NCBI GenBank assembly: GCA_016195325.1
Contig: JACPZX010000030.1
Span: 103,043-167,042, forward strand
Length of the DNA: 64,000 bases
Direction of reading: 5' to 3'
DNA from: Acidobacteriota bacterium
GTDB taxonomy: Bacteria; Acidobacteriota; Polarisedimenticolia; JACPZX01
This document shows, piece by piece, positions 38,001-46,966 of the stretch. Position numbers and translations under genes: made by a program. Under the pieces are notes generated by a model. The model saw only the letters and a program-made list of their open reading frames with translations, did not search any database and was not told the DNA's origin. Numbering within the stretch: position 1 is the stretch's first letter; each line of letters begins with the position of its first letter.

Positions 38001-38313
38001 CATGGCCGCCCCGGGGGGACGGAGTCGAGAGCGAGCTGAACACGGCCCAAGAGGCGAGGGGACCGACGATCGGGCGGAAGGCCTCGAGATCGCCGTCGGC
38101 TGCGAGCGAGGGCGGCGCGGCCGACCCGATGCGGGAGGCGTGGGTGACGGCGGAGAGACGAATCGCCGCGCTGCCCGGGGAGGGATCGCGGCCGAAGAAG
38201 GCGTCGGGGACGAGCTCGGACCCGGATCGCCGAAGCAGGCAGGCCCCGGCGCCCGCGCCCAGACCTTCGAGCGCCGCGCGCACGGTCTGCTCCATCGACG
38301 CCGATTCAGGCAT
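35047..38313 (-). CDS. Hybrid sensor histidine kinase: multiple PAS/GAF-like sensor modules, HisKA, HATPase_c, C-terminal receiver.
   Basis: H-box (IAHELNNPLTGVMGYSQML), N/G boxes (NAHHAM, DNGPGI, GTGLGLS), C-terminal REC (ILVVDDEETILDLL...DIIISDVKMPDMGG). Confidence 0.85.
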   Translation of the reverse strand: MPESASMEQTVRAALEGLGAGAGACLLRRSGSELVPDAFFGRDPSPGSAAIRLSAVTHASRIGSAAPPSLAADGDLEAFRPIVGPLASWAVFSSLSTPSPRGGHDRYALVWGEGPPPGAPLTDFLRSALEEMAGARPDGTRDDSGELPADPAARAFDASSHGLILATRDGLIRRINRAAARAAGPEVRLAPGDRLAERLPAPACERLAALMESAQAGAAATEEIDLAADGDAPRPIHVGVDLLDLPHEPVFLLSLRELTERDRLVEHLRREKDFTRSLLEAANACVLGLDLQGRTILFNKVFQDLTGCRLADVLGREAIELLVPEPSRPSWREAHLLALSGGKVEDWDFAVVTRGGAPRVLSLSAGRIHDSAGACRGVLWTGRDVTDERRRALDLRTREETTSRSLSQLKEFSRISSMILQEKDLDSVCKMFVDAVSTVSTFHRAILTLCDDDFRGYEWYFAGLAQEDIDTFHRNKMTNRERITIFQEKYRLGNSYYIPHSEGWHYEGVRSSGGPAEMVDWHPDDFLFIPLYGTNHKIVGIVSVDDPEDGRRPSAESISPLELFANQVAHSIEEKKLDQEVRQTTERYRALVETMYDGVLTVDLRERIVFANPAFGQLVGQPEMLISGRSLGSLLEPEDLATFRAQAALQEGGRAARFEIRIRAGDGELIPVHVSASPFREESALLGCFAIVRDLREQKKAESDRKAMQQQLMQAEKLSALGELISGIAHELNNPLTGVMGYSQMLLGSSVSAEAKGNLEKIHREAVRCQKIVQNLLTFARRRAPERKMLDVNALVEATLELREYQLKVDGVEIVKELAEGLPKTLGDFHQLQQVFVNIINNAHHAMQDAGRPGRLTMRTERVGEAIRVSIKDNGPGIADGHLSKIFDPFSTTKEIGKGTGLGLSLSYGIVREHEGRIDVKSLPGDGAEFQVELPVKNGTSIVEEEAAQEAVPQAVGSRHILVVDDEETILDLLESVLEMSGHHVERAQNGRQALEKVSVTDFDIIISDVKMPDMGGQKLYECIAERKPHLKKRVIFSTGDTVNPVTQELFQRTGNHYLAKPFRLEEVDALIALVVDETRNDAGPSTS

Positions 38314-38349
38314 CCGGCCCCTCCCGCCCGTCAGAGTCTTCCCGGATCG

Positions 38350-38925
38350 TCAGGCGGCCTGTTCGAGCAGCCGCGCCACCTCGCGGCGGAGATGCTCGAT
38401 CTGCAGGGGCTTCATGAGGCAGAGATCCGCTCCCGATCGGTAGGCGCGATCGATGTTTCCCTGCTCGGGATGTCCCGTGATCGCGACGACCTTGATCGTC
38501 TCGGTGTCGGGATCGCCCTTGATGCGCTTGCACACCTCGATGCCGTCCATGTGGGGCATCATGATGTCGAGGATGATCAGGTCGGGACGGAACGTCCCGA
38601 TCTTCAGCCCGGCCTCGTAGCCGTCGTGCGCCGTGTTCACCTGGAACGACTGCGCGTCGCTGAGCGCCTGGCTGATGACCTCGACGATCGAGCTCTCGTC
38701 GTCGACGACGAGGATGCGCTTCTTCTCCTCGACGAAGAAGTTCGGATCGACGGGCATGCCGTACCGGCCGAGGAAGTCCTTGAAGTCGCTCTTCCGGATC
38801 CGGTAGTGCCCACCCGGCGTGGAGTAGGCCTTGAGCTTCTTGGCCTTGATCCACTTGACGACGCCGTCGTTCGTCACCTGGCAGTACTGAGCGACCTCGG
38901 ATGTCGTAAGAAGTCTGTCGTTCAT
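38350..38925 (-). CDS. Response regulator with inverted architecture: N-terminal HTH (excisionase/MerR-like HTH_17), C-terminal receiver.
   Basis: LLTTSEVAQYCQVTNDGVVKWIKAKKL...GGHYRI is an HTH. Then RILVVDDESSIVEVI...DLIILDIMMPHMDG...KVVAITG is a REC domain. Confidence 0.8.
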   Translation of the reverse strand: MNDRLLTTSEVAQYCQVTNDGVVKWIKAKKLKAYSTPGGHYRIRKSDFKDFLGRYGMPVDPNFFVEEKKRILVVDDESSIVEVISQALSDAQSFQVNTAHDGYEAGLKIGTFRPDLIILDIMMPHMDGIEVCKRIKGDPDTETIKVVAITGHPEQGNIDRAYRSGADLCLMKPLQIEHLRREVARLLEQAA

Positions 38926-39036
38926 GGGCTGTCGTCCCCCTCTGGATCGGAGGCCCCGCTCTGGAGCGCTCCCTGGATTCTTGAAAACAAAGTATTTAGT
39001 CCTTTTACTCCGTATACTTGAATTCTTGAATTCTCA

Positions 39037-39064
39037 AATCTATTTCCTCGTAACACTAAGTCAA
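39037..39064 (-). promoter_or_regulatory. Candidate sigma-70 promoter (minus strand) for the HTH-REC regulator, inside an AT-rich island.
   Basis: Minus-strand reading: -35 TTGACT (39064..39059), 16-nt spacer, -10 TAGATT (39042..39037). It lies in a 105-bp, roughly 35% GC island (38985..39090) in a 70% GC genome. Confidence 0.4.
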
Positions 39065-39327
39065 ATCGTCACTTTGCGAGTATTCGTCTTGGAGCCGGCC
39101 AGGTTCAGGATTGTTCAAACCAGCCCGTAGTCCTGTTGCGGCCATCGCAAAGCGCTCGGCCCGGGGGTCCGCGGGCCCGCAGGCAGGGCGATTCGTCCCC
39201 CGGACGGGATCGGTCCTGCGGAATCAGGCCCCTGCGTGAAGGAGGCTCGACGCCGGACGATCCGGCGCCTGCGTGATATCGTGACCTGCCGGGCATCCCC
39301 CCCCGGGTGAAGAGGAGGAGGTCAGCG

Positions 39328-39537
39328 GTGAAGATCGTGGTGGATCGAGGCAAGTGCATCGGGGCGGCCAACTGCGTCGGGATGGCCCCGAAGACGTTCA
39401 CTCTCGACGGCCAGAAGAAGGCGGTCGTCGTCAAGGCGGAAGGGCACGACGACGCGACGCTGTTCGAGGCCGCCGAGTCGTGTCCCACGGAGGCGATCGC
39501 GCTGTACGACGACGGCGGGGAGCAGCTCTTCCCGTAG
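39328..39537 (+). CDS. Small ferredoxin (single Fe-S cluster, Pyrococcus/Thermotoga-type).
   Basis: GTG start at 39328 preceded by AGGAGGAGG. MKIVVDRGKCIGAANCV...AAESCPTEAI. Confidence 0.7.
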   Translation: MKIVVDRGKCIGAANCVGMAPKTFTLDGQKKAVVVKAEGHDDATLFEAAESCPTEAIALYDDGGEQLFP

Positions 39538-39557
39538 GGGCGCCCCGGGGGCTCCCG

Positions 39558-40538
39558 TCAGCCTTTGTGGGTGGAATAGCCCGGGAAAACCGTCGAAGCC
39601 GGATTCAGGAAATGAGCGGCGTTGTTGATCGCAGTGGCGGCCTCGCCGAAGTCGGTCGCGATGAGACGGACCTTCCCGGGATACGACACGATGTCACCGG
39701 CGGCGTAGATTCCCGCCTCACTCGTCTCCATGCGGCTGTTCACGACGATCGAGTGGCTGTCGAGCTCGAGGCCCCACGCCGAGAGCGGGCCGATGTCGGC
39801 GACGAATCCAACCGCCGCGACGACGGCGTCGACGGCAAGCGTCTCCTGCGCGCGCGTGGTGTTGTGGTAGATCATCGCCGACTCGACCCGGCCGTCGCCC
39901 CGGACGGCTCCCAGCTCGTACGGCGTCTTCACGACGGCCCGCGACGCCCTCAGCTGGCGCAGGGAGTCCTCGTGGGCTCGAAAGACGTCGCGCCTGTGAA
40001 TCAGCGTGACCTCCGAGGCGATGGGCGCGAGGTTGAGCGTCCAGTCGACGGCTGAATCGCCTCCCCCCACGATCAGCACGCGCTTCCCGCGGTACACCTC
40101 CATGGAGCGCACGAAGTAGACCAACCCCTTCCCTTCGTACGCCGCGAACGACGCCAGGCGCTTCGGCTGGAACATGCCGATCCCCGCGGTGACGAGGACG
40201 GCGCGGCCGCGGTGCTCTCCGCGATCGCTGGTGAGGGTGAACGAGGCGTCGCCGTCGCGCCGGATGAGGCGCACCGGCTCCTCCAGGCGGACGTCCGGCG
40301 AGTACCGGCCGGCCTGCTCGACCAACCGATCCACCAGCTCGCGTCCCGTGACCTTCGGGAATCCGGCGACGTCGTAGATCGGCTTCTCGGGGTACATCGC
40401 GGCCACCTGCCCGCCGAGCTCGGGAAGCGAGTCGATGATGCGCGATCGCAGCCCGCGGAACCCCGCGTAGTACGCCGCGAAGAGGCCGGTCGGGCCGCCT
40501 CCCACGATGATGAGATCGGTCGGTTCCTCTGGGGACAT
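39558..40538 (-). CDS. Thioredoxin-reductase-like ferredoxin-NADP+ oxidoreductase (YumC-type FNR).
   Basis: FAD motif IIVGGGPTGLFAA and NAD(P)H motif VLIVGGGDSAVDW. 326 aa, with no CXXC thioredoxin-reductase disulfide. Confidence 0.75.
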   Translation of the reverse strand: MSPEEPTDLIIVGGGPTGLFAAYYAGFRGLRSRIIDSLPELGGQVAAMYPEKPIYDVAGFPKVTGRELVDRLVEQAGRYSPDVRLEEPVRLIRRDGDASFTLTSDRGEHRGRAVLVTAGIGMFQPKRLASFAAYEGKGLVYFVRSMEVYRGKRVLIVGGGDSAVDWTLNLAPIASEVTLIHRRDVFRAHEDSLRQLRASRAVVKTPYELGAVRGDGRVESAMIYHNTTRAQETLAVDAVVAAVGFVADIGPLSAWGLELDSHSIVVNSRMETSEAGIYAAGDIVSYPGKVRLIATDFGEAATAINNAAHFLNPASTVFPGYSTHKG

Positions 40539-40709
40539 CGTCTCCTCGTGACGGCGTGGACGGCGGCACGAACGGCCCGTGCCCCGGCATGTTACCCGCC
40601 TGGGGCCCCCCCTGTCTCACACGCATCCGAGCCAGGGCACGAGGCCGCGTCTTCGGCTCCGTTGAACGCGCCGACGGGGCTGTGATAGGTTTGGGCCTCC
40701 TCACAGGTC

Positions 40710-40786
40710 GGGCCCATAGCTCAGCTGGATAGAGCGTCGGACTACGAATCCGAAGGTCGGAGGTTCGAACCCTCCTGGGCCTACCA
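40710..40786 (+). tRNA. tRNA-Arg (anticodon ACG), with encoded CCA.
   Basis: Manual cloverleaf: acceptor GGGCCCA/TGGGCCT, D-arm GCTCAGCTGGATAGAGC, anticodon stem TCGGA/TCCGA with loop CTACGAA, T-arm GGAGGTTCGAACCCTCC, then ACCA. Confidence 0.85.
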
Positions 40787-40865
40787 GCCGGACGCGGCGG
40801 ACGCCGCCCGGCGCGATCGGTCGACGCCGCCCGCGCCGCCTCGAGGGACTACGGACCCGTCATCC

Positions 40866-41366
40866 TTGGCGAGAACCCGCTCCGTTCCGAGCGCGCGACC
40901 GCCGGACGACGAGCGATGGATGCGCGCGGCGCTGGCCGCCGCGTCGCGCGCCGCCGCCCGGGGAGAGGTGCCGGTCGGCGCCCTGGTCGTCCTCGGCGGG
41001 AAGCGTGTCGCGAGCGGCGGGAACCGCACCGTGGGGGCGAAAGACCCCTCCGCGCACGCGGAGATCGTGGCCCTCAGGCGCGCCGCCCGGCGCGCCGGCA
41101 ATCACCGCCTGGTCGGCGCCACTCTCTACGTCACGCTCGAGCCGTGCCTCATGTGCCTCGGAGCCATGGTCCAGGCCCGGATCCAGCGCCTGGTCTACGC
41201 CGCGGACGATCCGAAGGCGGGGGCCGTCGGCCTCCTCGACGACGCGGCGTGGCGACGAAGACTGAACCACCGCTTCGAGCTTTCGCGAGGGTTGCTCGGG
41301 CGCGAGGCGTCGCAGCTGCTGAAGGAATTCTTCGCCGCGAGGCGGCGGGGAAGAACCGGGGCCTGA
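40866..41366 (+). CDS. tadA: tRNA-specific adenosine(34) deaminase TadA.
   Basis: CDA zinc motifs HAEIVAL and LYVTLEPCLMCLGA. Lies 80 nt downstream of its substrate tRNA-Arg(ACG). The start may be the internal ATG at 40920. Confidence 0.85.
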   Translation: MARTRSVPSARPPDDERWMRAALAAASRAAARGEVPVGALVVLGGKRVASGGNRTVGAKDPSAHAEIVALRRAARRAGNHRLVGATLYVTLEPCLMCLGAMVQARIQRLVYAADDPKAGAVGLLDDAAWRRRLNHRFELSRGLLGREASQLLKEFFAARRRGRTGA

Positions 41367-41745
41367 CACGCGCAAGGCCGGCGCCTCGACCCCCATGGCG
41401 GCGTGGCGCCGGCCCGGCCACATGAATCGCCGGCCACGATCGCCGGCGACCTCCTCCTCCCGGCGGCTCGGACCGACGCCGCCCGTGGCCCTGATGCGTT
41501 CCCCTCCGCGCGGGCCCTCGAGGACGACCTTGATATACGCACAGCCGCGCCGCCGCGCCACAAGATCCTGGGAAAAATGTCGTAACGGCAATACCCCGCT
41601 GTTGACACGGCATTCCGGGCCGTCGCCGCGACGGGCGCACCGGCCCCGGGGACGGACGGCCGCGCGCCCCGGAGCGCCGGGAGCCGAGGGGTGTCAGTCC
41701 GCGGGAGTTGTGGTTATACTGTGCGGCTTCCGAAACGCGTGCCGC

Positions 41746-41836
41746 GGAGAGGTACCGAAGTGGTCGCAACGGGCCCGCCTCGAAAGCGGGTTGTCGGGAA
41801 ACCGGCACGTGGGTTCGAATCCCACCCTCTCCGCCA
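41746..41836 (+). tRNA. tRNA-Ser (anticodon CGA), long variable arm, with encoded CCA.
   Basis: Acceptor GGAGAGG/CCTCTCC, anticodon stem CCCGC/GCGGG with loop CTCGAAA, variable arm TTGTCGGGAAACCGGCAC, T-arm GTGGGTTCGAATCCCAC, then G-CCA. TATACT (-10-like) lies 20 nt upstream. Confidence 0.8.
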
Positions 41837-41845
41837 GCCGCACCG

Positions 41846-42139
41846 TCAGTCGAGATCGAATGGTTTCTCGGGAGGGGTTTCGTCGTCGGCGGCCTTTTCG
41901 AGCGCTTTGCGGAATTTCTTCTCGAGGATCTCGCTCTGATGAGCCCGCTCCCCAAGCGCCCTGTCGAACTGCGATGCCGCCCGTTTCTTCGCGGCCTGCA
42001 CCTCGCCGGCGGCCTCCTCGAACGTGAACTGGGTGCCCTTCTTGGGCGAGACGTGGGTGATGATCGCGCCCGTCGTGCGATCGACGGTGATGACCGCGGC
42101 GCAGCACGGACAGGCGATGTCGAGCGTCGAGTCGTCCAT
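41846..42139 (-). CDS. Small hypothetical protein with an N-terminal CPCC motif and lysine-rich C-terminus.
   Basis: 97 aa ORF, MDDSTLDIACPCCAAVITVDRTTGAIITHV... No family recognised. Confidence 0.45.
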   Translation of the reverse strand: MDDSTLDIACPCCAAVITVDRTTGAIITHVSPKKGTQFTFEEAAGEVQAAKKRAASQFDRALGERAHQSEILEKKFRKALEKAADDETPPEKPFDLD

Positions 42140-42168
42140 GGCCTCCGGATTCTAGCACCCTCCTGTCG

Positions 42169-43944
42169 ATGACCCCGAGCGCGCCGCCGATCCCGCGCCC
42201 CGCGACCTCCGGCGAGGAGGAGCGCGCGTTCTACGAGTCCGCCGAGGCGTATCTGAGATCGTCGCTTCAGTTGAACCCGGTGTCGGCGACCTACTACGGC
42301 TACCACGCCTTCGACGGCCGGCTCGAGGACCACAGCCCCGGGGGCATCCAGGAGCGGGTTCGCTTCTACCGGGAGGCGAGGGCTCTCTTCGCGGGGCTGG
42401 CGCGCGGCAGGATGTCGACGGGCGCGCTGATCGATCTGGACCTCGTGACCGGCGACATCGAGGCGAGCCTGTTCTCCCTCGAGGAGCTGAAACCCCACAT
42501 CCACGACCCGGGGCACTACAACGAGCTGCTCGGGTACGGAACGCTCTTCCTCACCATCCTCGAGGAGGGGGACCCGGCGTGGCCGGACCGCCTGGAGTCG
42601 CTCCTCTCGAGAATGGACGCGATCCCGCGATTCCTCGATCAGGCGAAGGCCAATCTCGCCGACCCGCCGCGCGTCGTCACGGAGTTCATCCTGCAGCAGC
42701 ACCGGGCGAACATCGCCTTCTTCGAGGAGACGCTTCCCGGGCTGTACCGCCACGCTCCGGCGCTCGCGGAGCGGCTCGACGCCGCGAGGGGGCCAACGCT
42801 CCGCGCGCTCGAGTCGTACGAGTCGTTCCTGCGGGACGACCTCCTCCCGCGCTCGAACGGCGACTGGCGGCTGGGGCCGGAGAGGTGGGCCCGGAAGCTT
42901 CGCCTGTCGCTGCAGAGCGACCTCGGGCCCGAGGAGATCCAGAGTCGGGCGTGGGAGCGCCTGCGCTCGGAGCGCGCGGCGATGCTGGGGCTCGCCGAGC
43001 CGCTGCACGCCTCCATGTTCCCGGAACACGCGCACGGCGAGACGGGGGAGGCCCGTGTCAACGTGATCGTGCGCGAAGTGATCGATCGGATCAGCCTCCG
43101 GCACTCGACCCCGGATCGCCTCTTCCCCGACGTGAAGGAGAGGTGGGTCCCGCGGGCGCGCGACTTCATCCGGAAGGTCGATCTCCTCACGCTCCCTCCG
43201 GAGTCCGACAACTTCGTCGTCGAGCGGACCCCTGGGTTCCTCGACGGCCTCGCCGTGGCGTTCTTTCAGCCTCCGCCCGCGTTCGAGCCGCATCTGAAGA
43301 AGTCGTACTGGATCTCGTCGATCCCCGCGACGGGGAATCCCGAGGGGGATCGCGCCCGCGCGGAGTCGTTCCTTCGGGAGTACAACGACTACGGCCTGCA
43401 GAGCCTGACGATTCACGAGGCGCTGCCCGGCCATTACGTGCAGTTCTGGTACGCGATGAATTCGCCGTACGCCTCGATCTACAAGAAGATCTACGCGAAC
43501 AACACCTTCGCGGAAGGATGGGCCGTCCTCGTCGAGGAGCAGATGTTCGCGGCCGGGTACGCGGCGGACGAGCCGGAGTGCCTGCTGATCCACAAGAAGA
43601 TCAATCTGCGCAGCCCCATCAACGCCATCCTCGACGCCCGCCTGCACACGGAGCGGATGACCGACGTCGAGGCGGATCGGTGGGCGCTCGATTTCATGCG
43701 GGAGTACGGTTTCCAGGAGGAAGCGGAGGCCGTCGGCAAGCTCCGCCGCGCGAAGATCACGGCGGCGCAGCTCTCGACCTACTTCGTGGGGCTCGTGGAG
43801 CTGGGGGATCTCCTGCGGGATTGCCGCGCGCGCGAGGGCGCCGCGTTCTCGCTCAGGCGGTTCAACGAGACGCTGCTCTCGTTCGGGACAATCCCGCCGC
43901 GTGCGGTGCGGCGCCTGATGCTGGAGGGGATGGACACCGCGTGA
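42169..43944 (+). CDS. DUF885-family protein (putative metallopeptidase-like, HEXXPGH motif).
   Basis: Conserved LTIHEALPGHYVQFWYA segment typical of DUF885. 591 aa. Confidence 0.7.
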   Translation: MTPSAPPIPRPATSGEEERAFYESAEAYLRSSLQLNPVSATYYGYHAFDGRLEDHSPGGIQERVRFYREARALFAGLARGRMSTGALIDLDLVTGDIEASLFSLEELKPHIHDPGHYNELLGYGTLFLTILEEGDPAWPDRLESLLSRMDAIPRFLDQAKANLADPPRVVTEFILQQHRANIAFFEETLPGLYRHAPALAERLDAARGPTLRALESYESFLRDDLLPRSNGDWRLGPERWARKLRLSLQSDLGPEEIQSRAWERLRSERAAMLGLAEPLHASMFPEHAHGETGEARVNVIVREVIDRISLRHSTPDRLFPDVKERWVPRARDFIRKVDLLTLPPESDNFVVERTPGFLDGLAVAFFQPPPAFEPHLKKSYWISSIPATGNPEGDRARAESFLREYNDYGLQSLTIHEALPGHYVQFWYAMNSPYASIYKKIYANNTFAEGWAVLVEEQMFAAGYAADEPECLLIHKKINLRSPINAILDARLHTERMTDVEADRWALDFMREYGFQEEAEAVGKLRRAKITAAQLSTYFVGLVELGDLLRDCRAREGAAFSLRRFNETLLSFGTIPPRAVRRLMLEGMDTA

Positions 43945-43965
43945 CGGCCGCGGCGCCCCGGGGCG

Positions 43966-45411
43966 TCACCCGCCGCGGGAGGAGTCGACCATCATCTTCA
44001 GGAAATCGGCGTTCGCTTTCGTCTTGCCGAGCTTGTCGAGGAGCAGCTCGACCGACTCCACCACCGAGAGCTGGTTCAGCACCTTCCTGAGCACCCACAG
44101 CTTGTTCAGGTCCTCCTTGGGGAGCAGGAGCTCCTCCTTGCGCGTGCCGCTGCGCGTGATGTCGATGGCCGGGAAGACGCGGCGATCGACAAGCGTCCGG
44201 TCGAGGTGGAGCTCCATGTTGCCCGTCCCCTTGAACTCCTCGAAGATCACGTCGTCCATGCGGGAGCCGGTGTCGACGAGGGCCGTCGCCATGATCGTGA
44301 GGCTGCCCCCCTCCTCGATGTTGCGCGCGGCCCCGAAGAACCGCTTCGGCTTCTGGAGGGCGTTGGAGTCGATCCCTCCCGACAGCACCTTTCCGGAGGA
44401 CGGCGCCACGGTGTTGTAGGCGCGGCCGAGCCGCGTGATCGAGTCGAGCAGGATGACGACGTCCCTGCCGTACTCGACGAGGCGCTTCGCCTTCTCGATG
44501 ACCATCTCGGCCACCTGCACGTGCTCGCCGGCCGGCTCGTCGAACGTCGACGAGACGACCTCCCCCTTGACCGTGCGCTCCATGTCGGTGACCTCCTCGG
44601 GGCGCTCGTCGATGAGAAGCACGATTAGGTAGACCTCGGGATGGTTCGTCGAGATCGAGTTCGCGATCGACTGGAGGAGCATCGTCTTGCCGGTGCGGGG
44701 CGGCGCGACGATCAGCCCGCGCTGCCCCTTCCCGATCGGGATGAGAAGGTCCATCACGCGCCCCGACGCGTTGTCGGGGGTCGTCTCGAGCCGGATCCGC
44801 GTGTTCGGGTAGAGGGGCGTCAGGTTGTCGAAGAAAATCCGCTCCTTGGAGCGCTCCGGCGGCTCGGAGTTGATCGCCTCGACCTTGATGAGGGCGAAGT
44901 ACCTCTCCCCCTCCCTGGGCGGGCGGACCTGGCCGCTCACGGTGTCCCCCGTGTTCAGATCGAAGGTCTGAACCTGCGACGGGGAGACGTAGACGTCCTC
45001 GGGTCCCGAGAGGTAGTTGTGCTCCCTGGCCCGGAGGAAGCCGAACCCGTCGGGAAGGACCTCGAGAACCCCCTCGAGGAAGATGTACCCGCTCTGCTCG
45101 GTCTGGTGCTTGAGGATCTGGAAGATGATATCGTGCTTCTTCGCGGCCGTCGCGTTCGGAACGTCCAGCTCGCGCGCGATTCGGACCAGCTCCGGGACGG
45201 GCGCTTCCTTGAGCTGCTGGAGCGAGTGGGAGGGCCCGGCGGGCGCCGTCGCCGGCCTCGGGGCGGTGGCCACCGCGTCGGGGAGCCGGTCGAACCGCTG
45301 CGTGGGCGCACCCTGCCCGCCCGGTCCACCCCCGCGCTGTTGATTGCGGAACTGGTGGTCCGGCCGGAAGTTCCCGTGGAGCTTGTGGGGTCTGCCGCGC
45401 CTTCCGTTCAT
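43966..45411 (-). CDS. rho: Transcription termination factor Rho, with an N-terminal Arg/Gly/Pro-rich extension of about 60 aa.
   Basis: Rho N-terminal domain ([12 protein letters not shown]...[10 protein letters not shown]), OB fold ([14 protein letters not shown]), RecA-like ATPase ([16 protein letters not shown]). The first 63 aa ([34 protein letters not shown]...) have no homology and may be a real low-complexity extension or 5' leader mis-included. Confidence 0.9.
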   Translation of the reverse strand: MNGRRGRPHKLHGNFRPDHQFRNQQRGGGPGGQGAPTQRFDRLPDAVATAPRPATAPAGPSHSLQQLKEAPVPELVRIARELDVPNATAAKKHDIIFQILKHQTEQSGYIFLEGVLEVLPDGFGFLRAREHNYLSGPEDVYVSPSQVQTFDLNTGDTVSGQVRPPREGERYFALIKVEAINSEPPERSKERIFFDNLTPLYPNTRIRLETTPDNASGRVMDLLIPIGKGQRGLIVAPPRTGKTMLLQSIANSISTNHPEVYLIVLLIDERPEEVTDMERTVKGEVVSSTFDEPAGEHVQVAEMVIEKAKRLVEYGRDVVILLDSITRLGRAYNTVAPSSGKVLSGGIDSNALQKPKRFFGAARNIEEGGSLTIMATALVDTGSRMDDVIFEEFKGTGNMELHLDRTLVDRRVFPAIDITRSGTRKEELLLPKEDLNKLWVLRKVLNQLSVVESVELLLDKLGKTKANADFLKMMVDSSRGG

Positions 45412-45451
45412 AGTTCGGGCGCTGCTCCCGACCTGCGCGGGGAGTTCGTGC

Positions 45452-46966
45452 TCAGGTGAGGAGTTCTCGGAGTTTCTTGGACTTGAGCAGCTTCTTGAGG
45501 GCTTTCGACTCGATCTGGCGGATCCGCTCGCGGGTCAATCCCATCTCGCGGCCCACCTCTTCCAGGGTGTAGTTCCGATGGACGCCGATCCCGAAGCGCA
45601 TCCGGATGACGTTCCCCTCCTTCTCGGAGAGGGTCTGGAGCGCCTCCTCGATCTTCTCGCTGCGGTCGCGGGTGACGGCCTGCTCGAAGGGCGAGATCGC
45701 CTTGTCGTCGGAGATGAAGCGGAGCAGTCCGCCCCCCTCGTCGTCGTCGCCGTTCCTCTCGAAGAAGATCGGGTCCTTGACCAGCTCGAGGATCTCCTTG
45801 ATCTTCGGGATGGGCATGTGCATCTTGCGCGCGATTTCCTTCGGCGAGGGCTCGCGCCCCATGGCCTTGGTCAGCTCCCGGACCGCGTCGGACACCTTCT
45901 TGTACTTCTCGTTCATGTGGACCGGAATGCGGATGATGCGCGACTTGTCCGCGATCGCCCGGTCCATCGCCTGCTTGATCCACCAGAAGGCGTACGTCGA
46001 GAACTTGTAGCCGCGGCGGTACTCGAACTTCTCGACCGCCTTCATCAGACCCAGGTTCCCCTCCTGGATCAGATCCATGAGCGAGAGCCCCTGGTTGACG
46101 TAACGCTTCGCGATGAAGACGACGAGGCGGAGGTTGGCGCGGATCATCTCCTCGCGCGCCCGATCGAGGATGTCGCGCGACTTCAGGGCCCGATCCGCCT
46201 GCTCGAGAAGCACCTCGGGAGTGAGAAAGACCTCCTTCGCGGCGGTGCGAATCCCCGCCCGGTAGCCCTTGATCTCCGAGCGGATCTTCTCGAGGCGGGA
46301 TCCCTGCACCGCGGGGCCGACGCGGAGCTTCTTTCCGACGCGCTTCGGGCGGCCTCCCGCCGCGGGACCGTCATGGATGGAGCCGGCCCGCTGCTTGAGG
46401 ATGCGGATGCGGTCGTTCAGATCCTGGGTCTTGCGGGCGCCGCGCACGAGCTTCTCGACGAACAGATCGAGGTACTGTCGCGGGATCTCCCCCTTCGTGA
46501 AATCCTTGTTGACGTCCGCGGGGACGTGCGCCTTCCACAGCGAAGCGCAGCGGCGGATGACGGCGTTGAGGCCGAGCTTCCCCTGCTCCATCCGCTTCGC
46601 GAGCTCCACCTCGCGCTCCTTGGTGAGGAGCTGCGTCTCGCTCATGTCCCGGAAATAGATGGACAGCAGGCCCGCCTGACGATCGTCGTCGGGCTTCTCG
46701 ACGTGCTCTTCCTTCTCCTCGGCCACGGCCTGGGGCGCGGGCTCGGGAGCGGCCGCCCCCTCGGTGGTCTCGCGATCGACGAACACGGCCTCGAAAGACC
46801 CGGCGTCATCGAAGTCGGCCTCTGCCCCGGTGCCCTTCGACGAGGCGGGGACTCCGGGGATCTTGTCCGCCTCGGGCCAGGCCGCCTGCCACGAGCCCGA
46901 AATCGGGGCATCTCCCGCGGCGGGCTTTCTCCTCTGACCCGCCACAACCGGCTTCACCGACTTCAT
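45452..46966 (-). CDS. rpoD: RNA polymerase primary sigma factor (sigma-70, RpoD).
   Basis: Regions 1.2 to 4.2 present ([78 protein letters not shown]). Acidic N-terminal spacer. Confidence 0.9.
   Translation of the reverse strand: MKSVKPVVAGQRRKPAAGDAPISGSWQAAWPEADKIPGVPASSKGTGAEADFDDAGSFEAVFVDRETTEGAAAPEPAPQAVAEEKEEHVEKPDDDRQAGLLSIYFRDMSETQLLTKEREVELAKRMEQGKLGLNAVIRRCASLWKAHVPADVNKDFTKGEIPRQYLDLFVEKLVRGARKTQDLNDRIRILKQRAGSIHDGPAAGGRPKRVGKKLRVGPAVQGSRLEKIRSEIKGYRAGIRTAAKEVFLTPEVLLEQADRALKSRDILDRAREEMIRANLRLVVFIAKRYVNQGLSLMDLIQEGNLGLMKAVEKFEYRRGYKFSTYAFWWIKQAMDRAIADKSRIIRIPVHMNEKYKKVSDAVRELTKAMGREPSPKEIARKMHMPIPKIKEILELVKDPIFFERNGDDDEGGGLLRFISDDKAISPFEQAVTRDRSEKIEEALQTLSEKEGNVIRMRFGIGVHRNYTLEEVGREMGLTRERIRQIESKALKKLLKSKKLRELLT

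Noticed and set aside
35143-39021. 1292-aa plus-strand ORF antisense to the hybrid histidine kinase and the HTH-REC regulator
   Set aside because: Spans two real genes on the other strand and an AT-rich intergenic region; no motifs.
38985-39090. Sigma-54 (-24/-12) promoter in the AT-rich island
   Set aside because: No GG-N10-GC element with correct spacing was found on either strand. The sigma-70-like TTGACT-16-TAGATT is a better fit.
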